From positions 1,993 to 65,992 of the forward strand of contig JBJKPR010000003.1 in assembly GCA_046706185.1 (NCBI GenBank): a stretch of 64,000 bases of DNA, read 5' to 3'. The notes under the pieces were generated by a model. That model saw only the letters and a list, made by a program, of their open reading frames with translations, was not told the origin of the DNA and did no database searches. Below are positions 37,232 through 47,838 of this stretch, one piece after another (position 1 is the stretch's first letter; each line of letters opens with the position of its first letter). Source of the stretch: Candidatus Sysuiplasmataceae archaeon (GTDB lineage: Archaea > Thermoplasmatota > Thermoplasmata > Sysuiplasmatales > Sysuiplasmataceae). Position numbers and translations under genes: made by a program.

Positions 37232-38686
37232 TTAGTGAGAGCCGTCTGTCGTGACATCCAGGATGTGCTCCTTCGCTTCCCTGGAGCCCCTCAGCATTGA
37301 AGGGATGATTGCGATCAGGAGGAAGGCGGTGGAGAGGAAGAAGACAAGGTGTATCGATGTTATGAAATCGGTGAAGGAAAAGTTGCCCGTGGGGGACGCG
37401 CCTACGAAAATCTGCTCCAGCATGCTCAGAGGCGTCGTCTTTGTCATGATCAGGAAGGCAAGTCCCAGGCTGAATGTCATTCCAACGTTTGTGAGGGTGG
37501 TGCTTACGCCAGATGCGATTCCGCGCCGCTGAGGCGGGACGGAGTTCATTATGGATGATCTGTTCGGCGATGCGAATATGCCCATGCCGCTTCCGACAAG
37601 CACAAGCGGTGCGATCATGGAAAGGAAGGTGACTGACCGTTCAACTGTTGTGGCAAGGAGCAGAAAACCGGCGGCCGAGACAATCAGGCCGACTGTCGAT
37701 ATTCCCCTCGCCCCGAACCTGTCCGAAAGGATCCCGCTGACGGGACCGAATGCCACGAGAGAGGCAGATATTGGTATGAGGAAAATACCTGCCTGTAGGG
37801 GATCAAGCTGCATTGTCGGACCCTGAAGGTAGAACACAAGCACAAGCGTGACAGCGCCACGGGCGAGCGCATTCAGGAAGATTGCCACATTGCCCGCTGA
37901 GAAGAGCCTTAATCTGAAAAGTGACAGGTCGAACATCGGATGGCTGACCCTTCTCTCGATGAGGAAGAATGCAAGCACGAGCAGGGTTCCGGAGACCATC
38001 AGGATTGAGGAGTACGGGAAAGGCAGCGCGCCGAGCGCATCCGTTGTGACGCCGAGAAGAAGCAGCGACAGGCCTGAGGCGAACGCAATGTTCCCCGTAA
38101 CATCCACCCTGGACCTTCCCTCAAGCGTGCCCGTCTCCTTCAGATGGTAGTGGGACCACACGGTTGCAAAGATGCCTATCGGTATGTTTACCCAGAAGAT
38201 GGACCTCCAGCCGAGAAGTGTTGTCAGAAATCCGCCTAGTATCAGGCCAGTCACGGAGCCGACCACAATTGACACCTGGTTGATGCCAAGCGCCATGCCC
38301 CTTTCATTGGATGGAAAGGCATCGGTGAGTATTGCAGCACTGTTTGAGAAAAGGAACGCGGCGCCGAACGCCTGCACCATCCTGAAACCGATCAGCTCTG
38401 GCCCGCTCTGCGCAAGGCTGCACAGTCCGGAGCCTATGGTAAAAAGCGCGAAGCCAAGGTTGTAGAGCCTCACACGTCCGAACATGTCCGCGAGCCTGCC
38501 GAAGTTGACAAGAACGGAGGCAGTGACCAGCTGGTATCCGAGAAGTATCCACAGGAGGTCGAGGATAGATATTCCAGGTAGCTCCCTCCCTATGGTAGGA
38601 AGGGCGATCAGGACGATGTTTGTGTCCAGTGAGGCCATCAAGGTGCCTATTGTCGTGTTGCTGAGCGCGACCCATTTGTACTGCAT
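37232..38686 (-). CDS. MFS transporter (DHA2 type)
   Basis: YKWVALSNTT, GRLADMFGR, WRSIFWVNIP, PMFDLSLF. Confidence 0.92.
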   Translation of the reverse strand: MQYKWVALSNTTIGTLMASLDTNIVLIALPTIGRELPGISILDLLWILLGYQLVTASVLVNFGRLADMFGRVRLYNLGFALFTIGSGLCSLAQSGPELIGFRMVQAFGAAFLFSNSAAILTDAFPSNERGMALGINQVSIVVGSVTGLILGGFLTTLLGWRSIFWVNIPIGIFATVWSHYHLKETGTLEGRSRVDVTGNIAFASGLSLLLLGVTTDALGALPFPYSSILMVSGTLLVLAFFLIERRVSHPMFDLSLFRLRLFSAGNVAIFLNALARGAVTLVLVFYLQGPTMQLDPLQAGIFLIPISASLVAFGPVSGILSDRFGARGISTVGLIVSAAGFLLLATTVERSVTFLSMIAPLVLVGSGMGIFASPNRSSIMNSVPPQRRGIASGVSTTLTNVGMTFSLGLAFLIMTKTTPLSMLEQIFVGASPTGNFSFTDFITSIHLVFFLSTAFLLIAIIPSMLRGSREAKEHILDVTTDGSH

Positions 38687-38921
38687 TTAGGGGATTCATC
38701 CCGCCTGTTGGCGATTTATGACTGTTTGTTAGCAGCACGTTGTAATTTAATATTTCCAGACCCAGAGCTGCTGAGTGGGCTGGCGCCGGCCCCCGGGAGG
38801 TTTGCAGCTTCATCTTGTTTGCAGCTGGAGCAGGGGGATGGTTCGACTGACTAATATAGCATCAATTCCTGGGAAGGGCATCGACCGTGGCCCGCGTGCA
38901 TGGGGCAATAATGGTGATAGA

Positions 38922-39980
38922 ATGGCCAGGACAAAGCATGTTTCGGGGTCAGCTCCCGCCGGGATGGACGTCATTCAAAACATAGTGGTGGTACTTCAGG
39001 AGAACCACACGTTTGACAATTACTTCGGGACTTATCCTGGTGCCGACGGGACTGCAGGCAGGGATCTGTGCCTGCCGCAGGCAAGTGGCTCGTCAAACTG
39101 CAGGAAGCCGTTCCACAGCCCGACGCTCACGCCGGGGGACCTCAGCCACACCTGGTCCTCCGCACATGATGACTACGACGGCGGAAAGATGGACGGTTTC
39201 ATATATTCAGAGGGCAGCGACGAAACAATGTGCTATTTTGATGACAGTGACCTTCCCCACTACTGGAAGGCAGCTTCGGAGTATGTCCTGTGCGATAGGT
39301 ACTTCACATCAGTCATGAGCGAGAGCGCACCTAACCACCTCTATCTTGTTGCGGGGACATCCGGAGGAATCGTGGATGACAGGGTACCCTCGACACTGGA
39401 CTTTCCGCCTGTCTTTGAGCAGCTTGACAGCAGGAAGATCAAATGGAAGGTCTACGGGTTCACAAAATGGTACGAAAGCTTCGGATACGTGCAGAGGTCT
39501 GGCGAAGTCGCCTCCAATTTCCTGCCGGCAGGGGAATTCATGTCTGATCTCCGGGCCAACAATCTGCCGGAGGTGTCGTGGATTATAGGCGCGCCCGGCG
39601 GGGACGAGCACCCTCCCAAGGACGTGCAGAAGGGGCAGGATTCTGTTGCCTCAGACGTTGTCAACAAGCTTGGAGAAAGCCCTTACTGGAAAGGGCTTGC
39701 ACTGTTCGTCACATGGGACGACTATGGCGGGTTCTACGACCACGTGGCTCCGCCGCAGGTCGACAGGTACGGGTTCGGTTTCAGGGTTCCTTGCCTTCTG
39801 ATTTCACCCTATGCAAGGAAGGGGTTCATCGACAGCACGGTAAACGACCACACGTCAATACTGAAATTCATCGAGACACGCTTCGGTCTGAATCCCTTGA
39901 GCACGCGCGACGCTGCGGCAAACGCAATGCTGGAAGCGTTTGACTTCAGGGCGGCTGCGAGGAAATTCGCCGGGATATGA
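38922..39980 (+). CDS. Phosphoesterase (phospholipase C/acid phosphatase family)
   Basis: [40 protein letters not shown]. Confidence 0.92.
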   Translation: MARTKHVSGSAPAGMDVIQNIVVVLQENHTFDNYFGTYPGADGTAGRDLCLPQASGSSNCRKPFHSPTLTPGDLSHTWSSAHDDYDGGKMDGFIYSEGSDETMCYFDDSDLPHYWKAASEYVLCDRYFTSVMSESAPNHLYLVAGTSGGIVDDRVPSTLDFPPVFEQLDSRKIKWKVYGFTKWYESFGYVQRSGEVASNFLPAGEFMSDLRANNLPEVSWIIGAPGGDEHPPKDVQKGQDSVASDVVNKLGESPYWKGLALFVTWDDYGGFYDHVAPPQVDRYGFGFRVPCLLISPYARKGFIDSTVNDHTSILKFIETRFGLNPLSTRDAAANAMLEAFDFRAAARKFAGI

Positions 39981-40175
39981 CAGCGCAGTGTGGATGCATT
40001 AGCCTGGGAGCGGGGAGAGATGAGAGGCGGGACGGTGATTCTGCCCGCTGTGGCAGAGAAGGGGCCAGAAGGTGGACTCAGTACCAGGGCACGGCCGACT
40101 TCTAAACGGGTCTAGAGAATATAGAGTGAATGTTTATCAAAACGCCCGGTCACTAAAACGTCCGGTTATCGAATC

Positions 40176-41120
40176 ATGGAGCCTGCGATAGAAATAAGGA
40201 ACATGACGAAGAGATACGGCAGCCTCACCGCAGTCGATAACCTGAACCTCACTGTGCAGAGGGGAACAATACACGGCTTTCTTGGACCGAATGGCGCCGG
40301 CAAGACGACGACAATCAAGGTCCTGGTCGGCCTTCTCAGGGCGGACGAGGGAGATGTCAGAATGCTCGGACAGGAGGTGCGGGGTGACAGCCCCGGCACG
40401 AGGCTGAAGGTTGGATACATGCCTGAGTTGCCAAAGTTCCCCAGGCATCTGAGGGGCACCGAGCTGCTTGACATCTACGGCAGGCTGTACGGGATGAGCG
40501 AGAGCGAGAGGCGGGAGCAAATACCGCGCCTCCTCGAAATGGTCGGCCTCAGGGGGAGGGAGAAGGACCTGATAGGGAAGTACAGCAAGGGAATGCAGCA
40601 GCGCATTGGTATCGCCCAGGCTCTTCTGAACAACCCGGAGCTCGTGATACTTGATGAGCCGAGCCTCGGGCTTGACCCCATAGGGATGGTTGAGGTAAGG
40701 GACATGATAAAGGGAATTTCGAAGGAAGGAATGACGATTTTCATGTCCTCCCACCTTCTGAACGAGGTGGAGCAGGTCTGCGACCATGCGACCATAATAG
40801 ACGGTGGAAAACCGCTTATAACGGACACGCTCGAAAACATGAAGAAAGCGGGCGGCACCACAGAGGTCGAGGTTGAGCTGACCTCTCTCACAGACGGCAT
40901 ATTCGAGGCAGTCAGGAACATGCCGCAGGTGACAGATGTAACAAGGTTGGGAAACAGGCTCACGCTTGAGTCTTCGGCTGGAGAGGATATCAGGCCCCTC
41001 ATTTCAAGGGAGATCACTGACCACGGCGGCATGATAATAGCAATGAACACAAAGGGAAGGGGGCTAGAGGACGTGTTCATAAAGCTCGTCGCGAAGACCG
41101 GCAGGGGTAACGCCAGATGA
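40176..41120 (+). CDS. ABC transporter ATP-binding protein
   Basis: GPNGAGKTT, YSKGMQQR, ILDEP, SSH. Confidence 0.95.
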   Translation: MEPAIEIRNMTKRYGSLTAVDNLNLTVQRGTIHGFLGPNGAGKTTTIKVLVGLLRADEGDVRMLGQEVRGDSPGTRLKVGYMPELPKFPRHLRGTELLDIYGRLYGMSESERREQIPRLLEMVGLRGREKDLIGKYSKGMQQRIGIAQALLNNPELVILDEPSLGLDPIGMVEVRDMIKGISKEGMTIFMSSHLLNEVEQVCDHATIIDGGKPLITDTLENMKKAGGTTEVEVELTSLTDGIFEAVRNMPQVTDVTRLGNRLTLESSAGEDIRPLISREITDHGGMIIAMNTKGRGLEDVFIKLVAKTGRGNAR

Positions 41121-42070
41121 ATGAAGCGGCGACGGCAGGCAGCGCACGGTTCGGAAGGCTTAACGCAATAGTGAGATACGAGCTTCTGTGGAACATAAGG
41201 AAGAAGAAGTTCCTCGCGATGCTCCTGGCTGCACTTGCAATAAGCATACTCATGCTGGCGGTGACCCCTCTCCTTTCAAGCTACGTCGGGGTGACCATAG
41301 GAAACAACCCTAACGATGTCATAGATGCTTCGAACTTTTCCCTTTACTTCTTCTTCTTTGCGCTTGTGACAGTGATGAACAGCATTTCCGGAGAGTTCGA
41401 GAGCGGGAGCATTGTGCCGCTTCTAACGAAGCCTGTTTCCAGAACGGAAGTGTTCCTTGCAAAGCTTGCGGCAGCGGTCATCACGCTGATACCGGTTTAC
41501 GTCCTGCTGCTCGTTGTGGAAATTGTGGGGGGCACTATCGTCTACGGCCCGCAGGACTACCTGTACCTTACCCCTCTCCTGCTCATCGGCGCGGTCATAA
41601 GCACGACTGTGTGGGCCACCATTGTGCTTGCGATAGGCTCCGTGACAAGGAGCTCAATCATAGCAGCACTTGGTGCATTTGGTGCGTATATTGCGCTGAA
41701 TATAGTAACACCGACGATTTCCCTTTTCCTGGGGCAGTCCTGGGTGCTCACGCTTCTTCCGGGCAGCGGCTCCTCAGGGTACATTGCCGGAACGGGGGCA
41801 TCCAATCCGCTGATTTCAGGAACACCTGTTTCTGCAGGAACGGACAGCATAGGGACGCTTCTTGTCCAGTACGCCTTGCACCCTTCAGGATCGGTGACAT
41901 TCTACAAGATCGGTGCAGTCACACCCGGCAGCATACCTACGACAGTCGCGCTTTACTCCTCACCGCTTGCAACGGTTGTTCTGCAGATCGTTGCAATCGC
42001 GGCTGTCTACATAACCGCATTCAGCCTCATTGCCTGGTTCGCGCTGAAAAGGGCCCAGGTTTCGGAGTGA
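41117..42070 (+). CDS. ABC-2 type permease
   Basis: ISGEFESG...LLTKPVSR..V.LAK; multiple TMs. Confidence 0.9.
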   Translation: MNEAATAGSARFGRLNAIVRYELLWNIRKKKFLAMLLAALAISILMLAVTPLLSSYVGVTIGNNPNDVIDASNFSLYFFFFALVTVMNSISGEFESGSIVPLLTKPVSRTEVFLAKLAAAVITLIPVYVLLLVVEIVGGTIVYGPQDYLYLTPLLLIGAVISTTVWATIVLAIGSVTRSSIIAALGAFGAYIALNIVTPTISLFLGQSWVLTLLPGSGSSGYIAGTGASNPLISGTPVSAGTDSIGTLLVQYALHPSGSVTFYKIGAVTPGSIPTTVALYSSPLATVVLQIVAIAAVYITAFSLIAWFALKRAQVSE

Positions 42071-42080
42071 CGGACAGATT

Positions 42081-42374
42081 TCAGCTGACGGTTGAGCCGT
42101 CGCCCACGACAGTCATCCACTTCCTTATGCGCCATGACTTTATGACGCCGTTGACCACGTACGGATCTGCCCTGGCGAAAGACTCCACTGCCTCCAGGGA
42201 GTTCCCGCGGAATGCGAGCACTGCGCCGTCGGAGGGCTCTGCAAGAGCGCCCGCGAGGACAACCTCTCCGCGCTCATAGGACTTCCTGAGATGCTCAAGA
42301 TGAGCAGCCCTGAAAGGGGCACGTTTTTCAAGATAGTCGTCGGCAACCTCGTAGAAGAGAAGATAATGCATCAT
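42081..42374 (-). CDS. YciI family protein
   Basis: R..HL, LAGAL..P.DGA, F...DPYV.NG. Confidence 0.9.
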   Translation of the reverse strand: MMHYLLFYEVADDYLEKRAPFRAAHLEHLRKSYERGEVVLAGALAEPSDGAVLAFRGNSLEAVESFARADPYVVNGVIKSWRIRKWMTVVGDGSTVS

Positions 42375-42474
42375 TTACCAGCTCCAGAAGCTGATCGCAG
42401 GCAGGTATTTATTCACTTACTGTGCAAGGATGCGCATTAGTAGCGGGAGGCGGCGGGGCAATGACGGTGACGCC

Positions 42475-43380
42475 TCATGCAAACCTGTTTGTCAGCGTCC
42501 CGACCCGCTCTACAGTAATTTCCACCTCGTCCCCCTTCTTCAGCCAGACCCTCTGCCCCTCAGGTTTGCCAAGTATGACGCCGCTGGGCGTGCCTGTGAG
42601 TATTATGTCACCGGGCCGCATCCGTATGTACCTTGAGATGTAGCTTATGATCCGGCTGCAGCTGAAGATCATGTCCGATGTGTTTGAATCCTGGCGTATT
42701 TTGCCGTTCACCTTCGTCTGAATCCTTAGCGAGTCAGGGTCCACAACTTCGTCCGGTGTGACAACATACGGACCTATGGGACAGAAGCTCTCGCATGTCT
42801 TGCCAATCAGCCACTGGCTTGTCCTGAGCTGGATGTCGCGTGCTGAAACGTCGTTGGCGGCGAAGTAACCGAACACGTGGTCGAGCGCCTGCTTCTCATC
42901 GACCATGTATGTCTCCCGGCCAATGAGTATGCCCAGCTCGCCTTCATAGTCGATCTGTGTTGCGAAGGGTGGTACGGGTATTTCGCACCTGTGCCCGGCG
43001 ACAGTATCTGAAAACTTGCTGAATATCACCGGCACCTCAGGTATGGGCATTCCAGTCTCCGTTGCATGAGTCCTGTAATTCAGACCCACGCACAGTATCT
43101 TGGAAGGACTTGGAACGCACGGCAGGAACTCGGCTTCGCCCTCATCCACCAGCATCCCGCTATACGGTTTCTGAGTGAACTGTCCGCCAAGCGCATCTGC
43201 AGCTGACTGGCCTTTGCGCAGGAAATCGTCGAGAGTACTGTCCCTGTACGGGGACGACTCGGGCAGAGAGGAGAAGGGCAGAAGCGAGCTGCCTATTGCA
43301 GCGCCAAAGCAGTTTCTTGAGCCAAGCCTGAAGTGTGCGAACCTCAAAATATCACTGTCCTTGCCGTCCCTTGAACCCAA
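42475..43380 (-). CDS. Fumarylacetoacetate hydrolase family protein
   Basis: CVGLNY..H, DYEGEL, NDVSARD, GDIILTGTP. Confidence 0.92.
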   Translation of the reverse strand: MGSRDGKDSDILRFAHFRLGSRNCFGAAIGSSLLPFSSLPESSPYRDSTLDDFLRKGQSAADALGGQFTQKPYSGMLVDEGEAEFLPCVPSPSKILCVGLNYRTHATETGMPIPEVPVIFSKFSDTVAGHRCEIPVPPFATQIDYEGELGILIGRETYMVDEKQALDHVFGYFAANDVSARDIQLRTSQWLIGKTCESFCPIGPYVVTPDEVVDPDSLRIQTKVNGKIRQDSNTSDMIFSCSRIISYISRYIRMRPGDIILTGTPSGVILGKPEGQRVWLKKGDEVEITVERVGTLTNRFA

Positions 43381-43523
43381 ACTGGGTAGAAGTAGTTAAT
43401 CGGAAGGTATCACCCCCGGACGTCACTGCATTCATTCCCTCCGCCCGTTGGGGAAAAGGACATGCTTTTGCGGTGCCGTTGAGTGACGGATGCGTTACTT
43501 CTCCCTACAGAGGGCAGCCAACC

Positions 43524-45188
43524 CTAGCTGCTGTTCACCATGAATCGGCCTGCAAGGAGACCTATATCATTAAGGGTCGATATCAGCTTCGCATCCGGCT
43601 CGTTTCTTTCAGTGCTGAGGAGAAGCATTACACCTCTTACCAGAGCATCGCCGTCAAACAGAGGATAGGCGTAGAGTGACCTGAAGCCGTCCATGTATAT
43701 GCATGCCCTAAGATTGTCTCCCTCGGAGGGCAATATGTCTGAATTCCATATCGTCTTCGCTCCGTTCCAGACATCCCCTGGCAGGTCTTCGCCCACTGAG
43801 AAGGTCCTGTCAAGAAGGAATTTCCCGATTGATGAAAGAGGCCTGTTATCCCTGGACCAGAGTGACGCGAGCCTGAGGACACGGTTGTCGTCGTCGACCG
43901 TCCATACCGCGCCCCCGTCGTAGAAGAGTTCACTGCAGACTGCTCCCATAACCTTGTGCATCACCCTGCGCCTGTCCTCTGCCTTCAGCAGTATTTCTGT
44001 CACTGAATGAATGGCCGCCTCGCGTCTTTCCGACAGTTTTTCGCTTGTCACGTCCCTGAAGACAACAACGGTCCCCATGACCTGCCCGGACTCATTGAGC
44101 AGGGGCGCTGCCAGGTCGGCAACAAGGCATTCTTTCCCGGTGGATGAAATCACTAGAGAATGGTTCGCAAGTCCTACAATCCTTCCTTCCCGAATTACAC
44201 GCTCGGAAGGAATTTCAACCCTCTTTCTGTTTACCTCGTTGACGAGACAGACAACTTTATTTATGTTCTGTCCGGAAACCTGATCCAGAAGACTGCCTGT
44301 CATCTCCTCAGCTGCAGGGTTCATGTATGTGATCTTTCCTTTCACGTCAGTCGATATGACCGCATCCCCTATTGTCCGGAGTATTACCCTGAACTCCTCC
44401 TTTATCTGTGTTATAACGTCCATCGCCGTAACAAGGTCGCTTATGTCCTTTGCTATCGATGCGTAGCCTGTTATGTTCCCAGAATCGTCCCTTATGGCTG
44501 AAAGTGTGACGTTGACGTCGATTACCCTGCCGTCCTTCCTTATTCGCTTGGCAACGAAGTGTGCGGCCTCACCTGTTTCACCAACTTTCCTTGCTATCGC
44601 ATCCCGCCTCTCTCTTTCAGCTTCAGGGATATGGGGGGCTGGTCTGTTAACCACATCCTTCTCCTCCCACCCGTACATCCTCCCGAAGGCGGGATTGACT
44701 GAAATGATGTTGAAGTCCGAGTCATAGATTGCAATGGAGTCGGAAGTGTTCCTGACGAAAGATTCAAGCCTTCTTCTGAGAACACGAAGTGCCTTCTGGT
44801 GGTTCCTTGTTTCGACGCTTGAGCGAACCATATGAGCAAGCATTGCGAACTCCGATGTGGGGTCTCCGCCCTTCTGGATGTAATGGTCTGCACCATTATT
44901 GAGCGCATCGATCACGACCTCCTCCCTTCCCCTGCCGGTGAAGAGTATGAACGGTATATCGTCTCCTGATGACCTGAGAAACTTGAGAAACTCCAGACCG
45001 TTCATCTCAGGCATCTCGTAATCCGATATCACGGCGTCAAAGCTTTTGCTTTGAAGCAATTCCACTCCACTGACAGCCGATGCGACCGTGGTCACGTTTA
45101 TGCCGGAGTTCATCTCGAGGAAGATCTTGAATGGTTCGTGCATGAACACATCGTCGTCAACATAGAGAACGTTGATGTTATTGGCCAT
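43524..45188 (-). CDS. Response regulator receiver-PAS-PAS-GAF protein
   Basis: YVDDD, SDYEMP, FTGRG, QKGG; two PAS/PAC units; C-terminal GAF; no HisKA/HATPase. Confidence 0.9.
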   Translation of the reverse strand: MANNINVLYVDDDVFMHEPFKIFLEMNSGINVTTVASAVSGVELLQSKSFDAVISDYEMPEMNGLEFLKFLRSSGDDIPFILFTGRGREEVVIDALNNGADHYIQKGGDPTSEFAMLAHMVRSSVETRNHQKALRVLRRRLESFVRNTSDSIAIYDSDFNIISVNPAFGRMYGWEEKDVVNRPAPHIPEAERERRDAIARKVGETGEAAHFVAKRIRKDGRVIDVNVTLSAIRDDSGNITGYASIAKDISDLVTAMDVITQIKEEFRVILRTIGDAVISTDVKGKITYMNPAAEEMTGSLLDQVSGQNINKVVCLVNEVNRKRVEIPSERVIREGRIVGLANHSLVISSTGKECLVADLAAPLLNESGQVMGTVVVFRDVTSEKLSERREAAIHSVTEILLKAEDRRRVMHKVMGAVCSELFYDGGAVWTVDDDNRVLRLASLWSRDNRPLSSIGKFLLDRTFSVGEDLPGDVWNGAKTIWNSDILPSEGDNLRACIYMDGFRSLYAYPLFDGDALVRGVMLLLSTERNEPDAKLISTLNDIGLLAGRFMVNSS

Positions 45189-45380
45189 GCAATCCGTTGG
45201 GATGCTAAATCAGCCTGCTGATATTTACTTCTGACTGTTTGACTATTGCGCCACAACACTTTCGGCTGAGAGTCCTGCCAAGACACTGTACTGAAGCGAA
45301 ATGCACGTAGTGGTAACCTGCCCTGAATCATATGGAAGACTGTGTCTCAATGGACATTAATTAAGCCAGCATCCTGAAGG

Positions 45381-45875
45381 TCATGCCGTCCTGGGCTGCC
45401 TGAAGTAGGCCACCACGCCGGGTCTTGTGAAATATATGAGGAAAGCGATGCTTATCACAGTTCCTATCGGGAAGTTGATCAGGCCGATCACAGCCAGAAG
45501 CATGTTGAGAATCCTAGCCCAGTTCCTTCCGGTAAAGAGGGCAATTGCGATTATGAGCGTAACGGCGCCTAAGCCTGCTATAATCAGCCCAAGTACTCCG
45601 CCAAGGAAAGGCACAAAAAGGCCTATGAACGCGCCGAATGAGAGACCGATCAATATCGTAACAAGAGATGAGAGTATCTGCAGTATCGCCAGTATTGCCA
45701 CTCCGGCCGGCCTTCCTATTCTCCCCGGCTGCCTGTTACCGAAGTGTGATTCACCGCAGCTGGAGCAGTATGCGGCGTTCGGGTCGTTGACCGCCCCGCA
45801 TCTTGTGCAGTACTTTGCTGCGTGCGCCTCTGCATAAGGGACTGGCACGTGCGCATCAGGTGTAATCTGACCCAT
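45381..45875 (-). CDS. Zinc-ribbon membrane protein
   Basis: CTRCG..CSSCG then RP.GV.ILA and TM helices. Confidence 0.75.
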   Translation of the reverse strand: MGQITPDAHVPVPYAEAHAAKYCTRCGAVNDPNAAYCSSCGESHFGNRQPGRIGRPAGVAILAILQILSSLVTILIGLSFGAFIGLFVPFLGGVLGLIIAGLGAVTLIIAIALFTGRNWARILNMLLAVIGLINFPIGTVISIAFLIYFTRPGVVAYFRQPRTA

Positions 45876-46112
45876 TGGCTGGACTCCGTTCTCCAAACAT
45901 CCTTTGTGTATTAATCGGTTGGTACCGCTATTGTCGGCTGTCAAACCGTCTGGACAGCACATGCCGCAGGTGAGCCGGCAACTTGTCAAGTATCCTTGGG
46001 CGTTACACAAGCTGCACGCCTGACTGTAACAGTTTACAGGCGCTATTTATCTGCTCAGACACGGGAACAATAGTGAGAGTATGATGGATATGTTTTTCTT
46101 CCAGTTGGAGGG

Positions 46113-46637
46113 TTGATTGACAGGGTCGGTAGAATTAGTGGCAATGCATCGCAGGGGACAGGCGGCGTGAGATGGCTGGTGCTCCTGCTATCAGTTGCCG
46201 TTTGTGAAGCAGCCGGAGGCATCGGCTCTATCTTCACCTTCGGCGCCATAGGAAGCTGGTACGAAGGACTGAACAAGAGCCCGCTCAATCCACCCAACTG
46301 GCTCTTCGCACCGATGTGGGTCACGCTTTATTTCCTCATGGGAGTGGCGCTCTACTTTGTATTCATCAGAAGGGGCCTCGTTCATGACAGCTGGATAGCG
46401 CTGACGCTCTTCTTTATCCAGCTTTCACTGAACGTCCTCTGGTCAGCGCTATTCTTTGGCTTGCACCAGCTGCTATTCGGGGCAGTCGAAATTGTGTTTC
46501 TCTGGTTCTTCATAGCCGCCACAACCATAGAGTTCAGAACAGTTGACAAGAAAGCGTCCTATCTTCTTTTCCCGTATCTTGCATGGGTGACGGTTGCAAC
46601 CGTGCTCAACTTTTCCATACTGTGGGTCAACCCATGA
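46113..46637 (+). CDS. TspO/MBR tryptophan-rich sensory protein
   Basis: WY..L.K..LNPPNW.F...W..LY.LMG, LN..WS..FFG, PYLAW; start may be 46167. Confidence 0.92.
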   Translation: MIDRVGRISGNASQGTGGVRWLVLLLSVAVCEAAGGIGSIFTFGAIGSWYEGLNKSPLNPPNWLFAPMWVTLYFLMGVALYFVFIRRGLVHDSWIALTLFFIQLSLNVLWSALFFGLHQLLFGAVEIVFLWFFIAATTIEFRTVDKKASYLLFPYLAWVTVATVLNFSILWVNP

Positions 46638-46820
46638 TGAGAACCTGTTGTCACTTATAACCAACATATGGCGCTGTGAGAAACTAGCACCTGTAACCCA
46701 TTGGGTCAAAGATTGAAATATGGGCAGGAGGCTATTCAACCAGAGGCAGCATCGGCCGCTCATCGAAGCGGCTCTGGAATGGGGGCCTTTGCTGCATGTC
46801 GGGTGCAGGCTGGTCATCGA

Positions 46821-47678
46821 TTGGGCGAACCAAAGATAATTGCTGAGCATCTCTACGCCGGCTACTTCGGGAATGCCGTACTGCATGATGTGAGTTTCAC
46901 GCTTGAAGAGAAGGGGGTGTATGTTGTTCTTGGCCACAACGGTGCAGGAAAGACAACGCTCTTCAGGTCGATCGCCGGCGTGCTTTCGCCAATGGCCGGC
47001 AGCGTGACGGTGGATGGAAACGTGGATCAGGGCAGGGAGGGAGCGCTGTCGTATCTCGCGCATATGGACGGCATTCCCGACGGCATGAGAGTCTCAGAGG
47101 CGCTCCGCTTCTATTCAAGCCTGCTTGGAGCCACCGGCCAGGATGTTGAGAGGGTGGTGCAATACCTCGGGATATCTGACCTGATGGGAAAGTGGTTCAA
47201 CCCCCTGAGCGAGGGGCAGAGGAAAAAGGTGGCCCTGGCCAGATCACTTCTCAGGAGAAGCGCGATCAACATACTTGACGAGCCAACTGCGAGCCTTGAT
47301 CCGGCTGTCGCAATGAACATGCGCTCGTATGTCCGCGACATTTCGAAGGAGAGCATTGTGCTCTACTCGTCACACAACCTCTACGAGGCAAACGACATTG
47401 GCAAGTTTGTCATGCTGATAAGGGAGGGGAGGATAGTGGCCCTCAAGGAGGTATCGAGCCTGGAGCTCGGAAGGACTGAAATTGAAGTCAGGGCGGACGG
47501 GGATGTTGGAAAGGTAGTGGATTGCACCAGGGAAGGAGACCATTACAGGATCAAGGTGAACAGCCCTGACGAAGTGCCCCGAATAGTGAAGAGGCTTGTC
47601 GAGGCCGGCATAATGGTGAGGGAAGTGAAGGAGACAGGAAACAGGCTGGAAAAGCTGTACACAGAAATGGAGGAGTGA
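46821..47678 (+). CDS. ABC transporter ATP-binding protein
   Basis: GHNGAGKTT, LSEGQRKK, LDEP, SSHN; start uncertain (track gives 46701). Confidence 0.9.
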   Translation: MGEPKIIAEHLYAGYFGNAVLHDVSFTLEEKGVYVVLGHNGAGKTTLFRSIAGVLSPMAGSVTVDGNVDQGREGALSYLAHMDGIPDGMRVSEALRFYSSLLGATGQDVERVVQYLGISDLMGKWFNPLSEGQRKKVALARSLLRRSAINILDEPTASLDPAVAMNMRSYVRDISKESIVLYSSHNLYEANDIGKFVMLIREGRIVALKEVSSLELGRTEIEVRADGDVGKVVDCTREGDHYRIKVNSPDEVPRIVKRLVEAGIMVREVKETGNRLEKLYTEMEE

Positions 47679-47691
47679 AACGACGGCTGGA

Positions 47692-47838
47692 ATGGTGTGC
47701 CCCAAGTGCGGCGAGGAGTTCAGGAGACCTTTGATGGAGAAGAAGAGGTATGGGGTGGGACTTACGCTCCCCGGCCTCGGTGCCGTGGTCTGCCCCAAGT
47801 GCGGGTATGAGGGACCACACAGGGAATTCAGGCCATGA
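47692..47838 (+). CDS. 48-aa CPxCG Zn-finger microprotein (not in ORF track)
   Basis: MVCPKCGEEFRRPLMEKKRYGVGLTLPGLGAVVCPKCGYEGPHREFRP*; stop overlaps the next ATG (ATGA). Confidence 0.8.
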   Translation: MVCPKCGEEFRRPLMEKKRYGVGLTLPGLGAVVCPKCGYEGPHREFRP

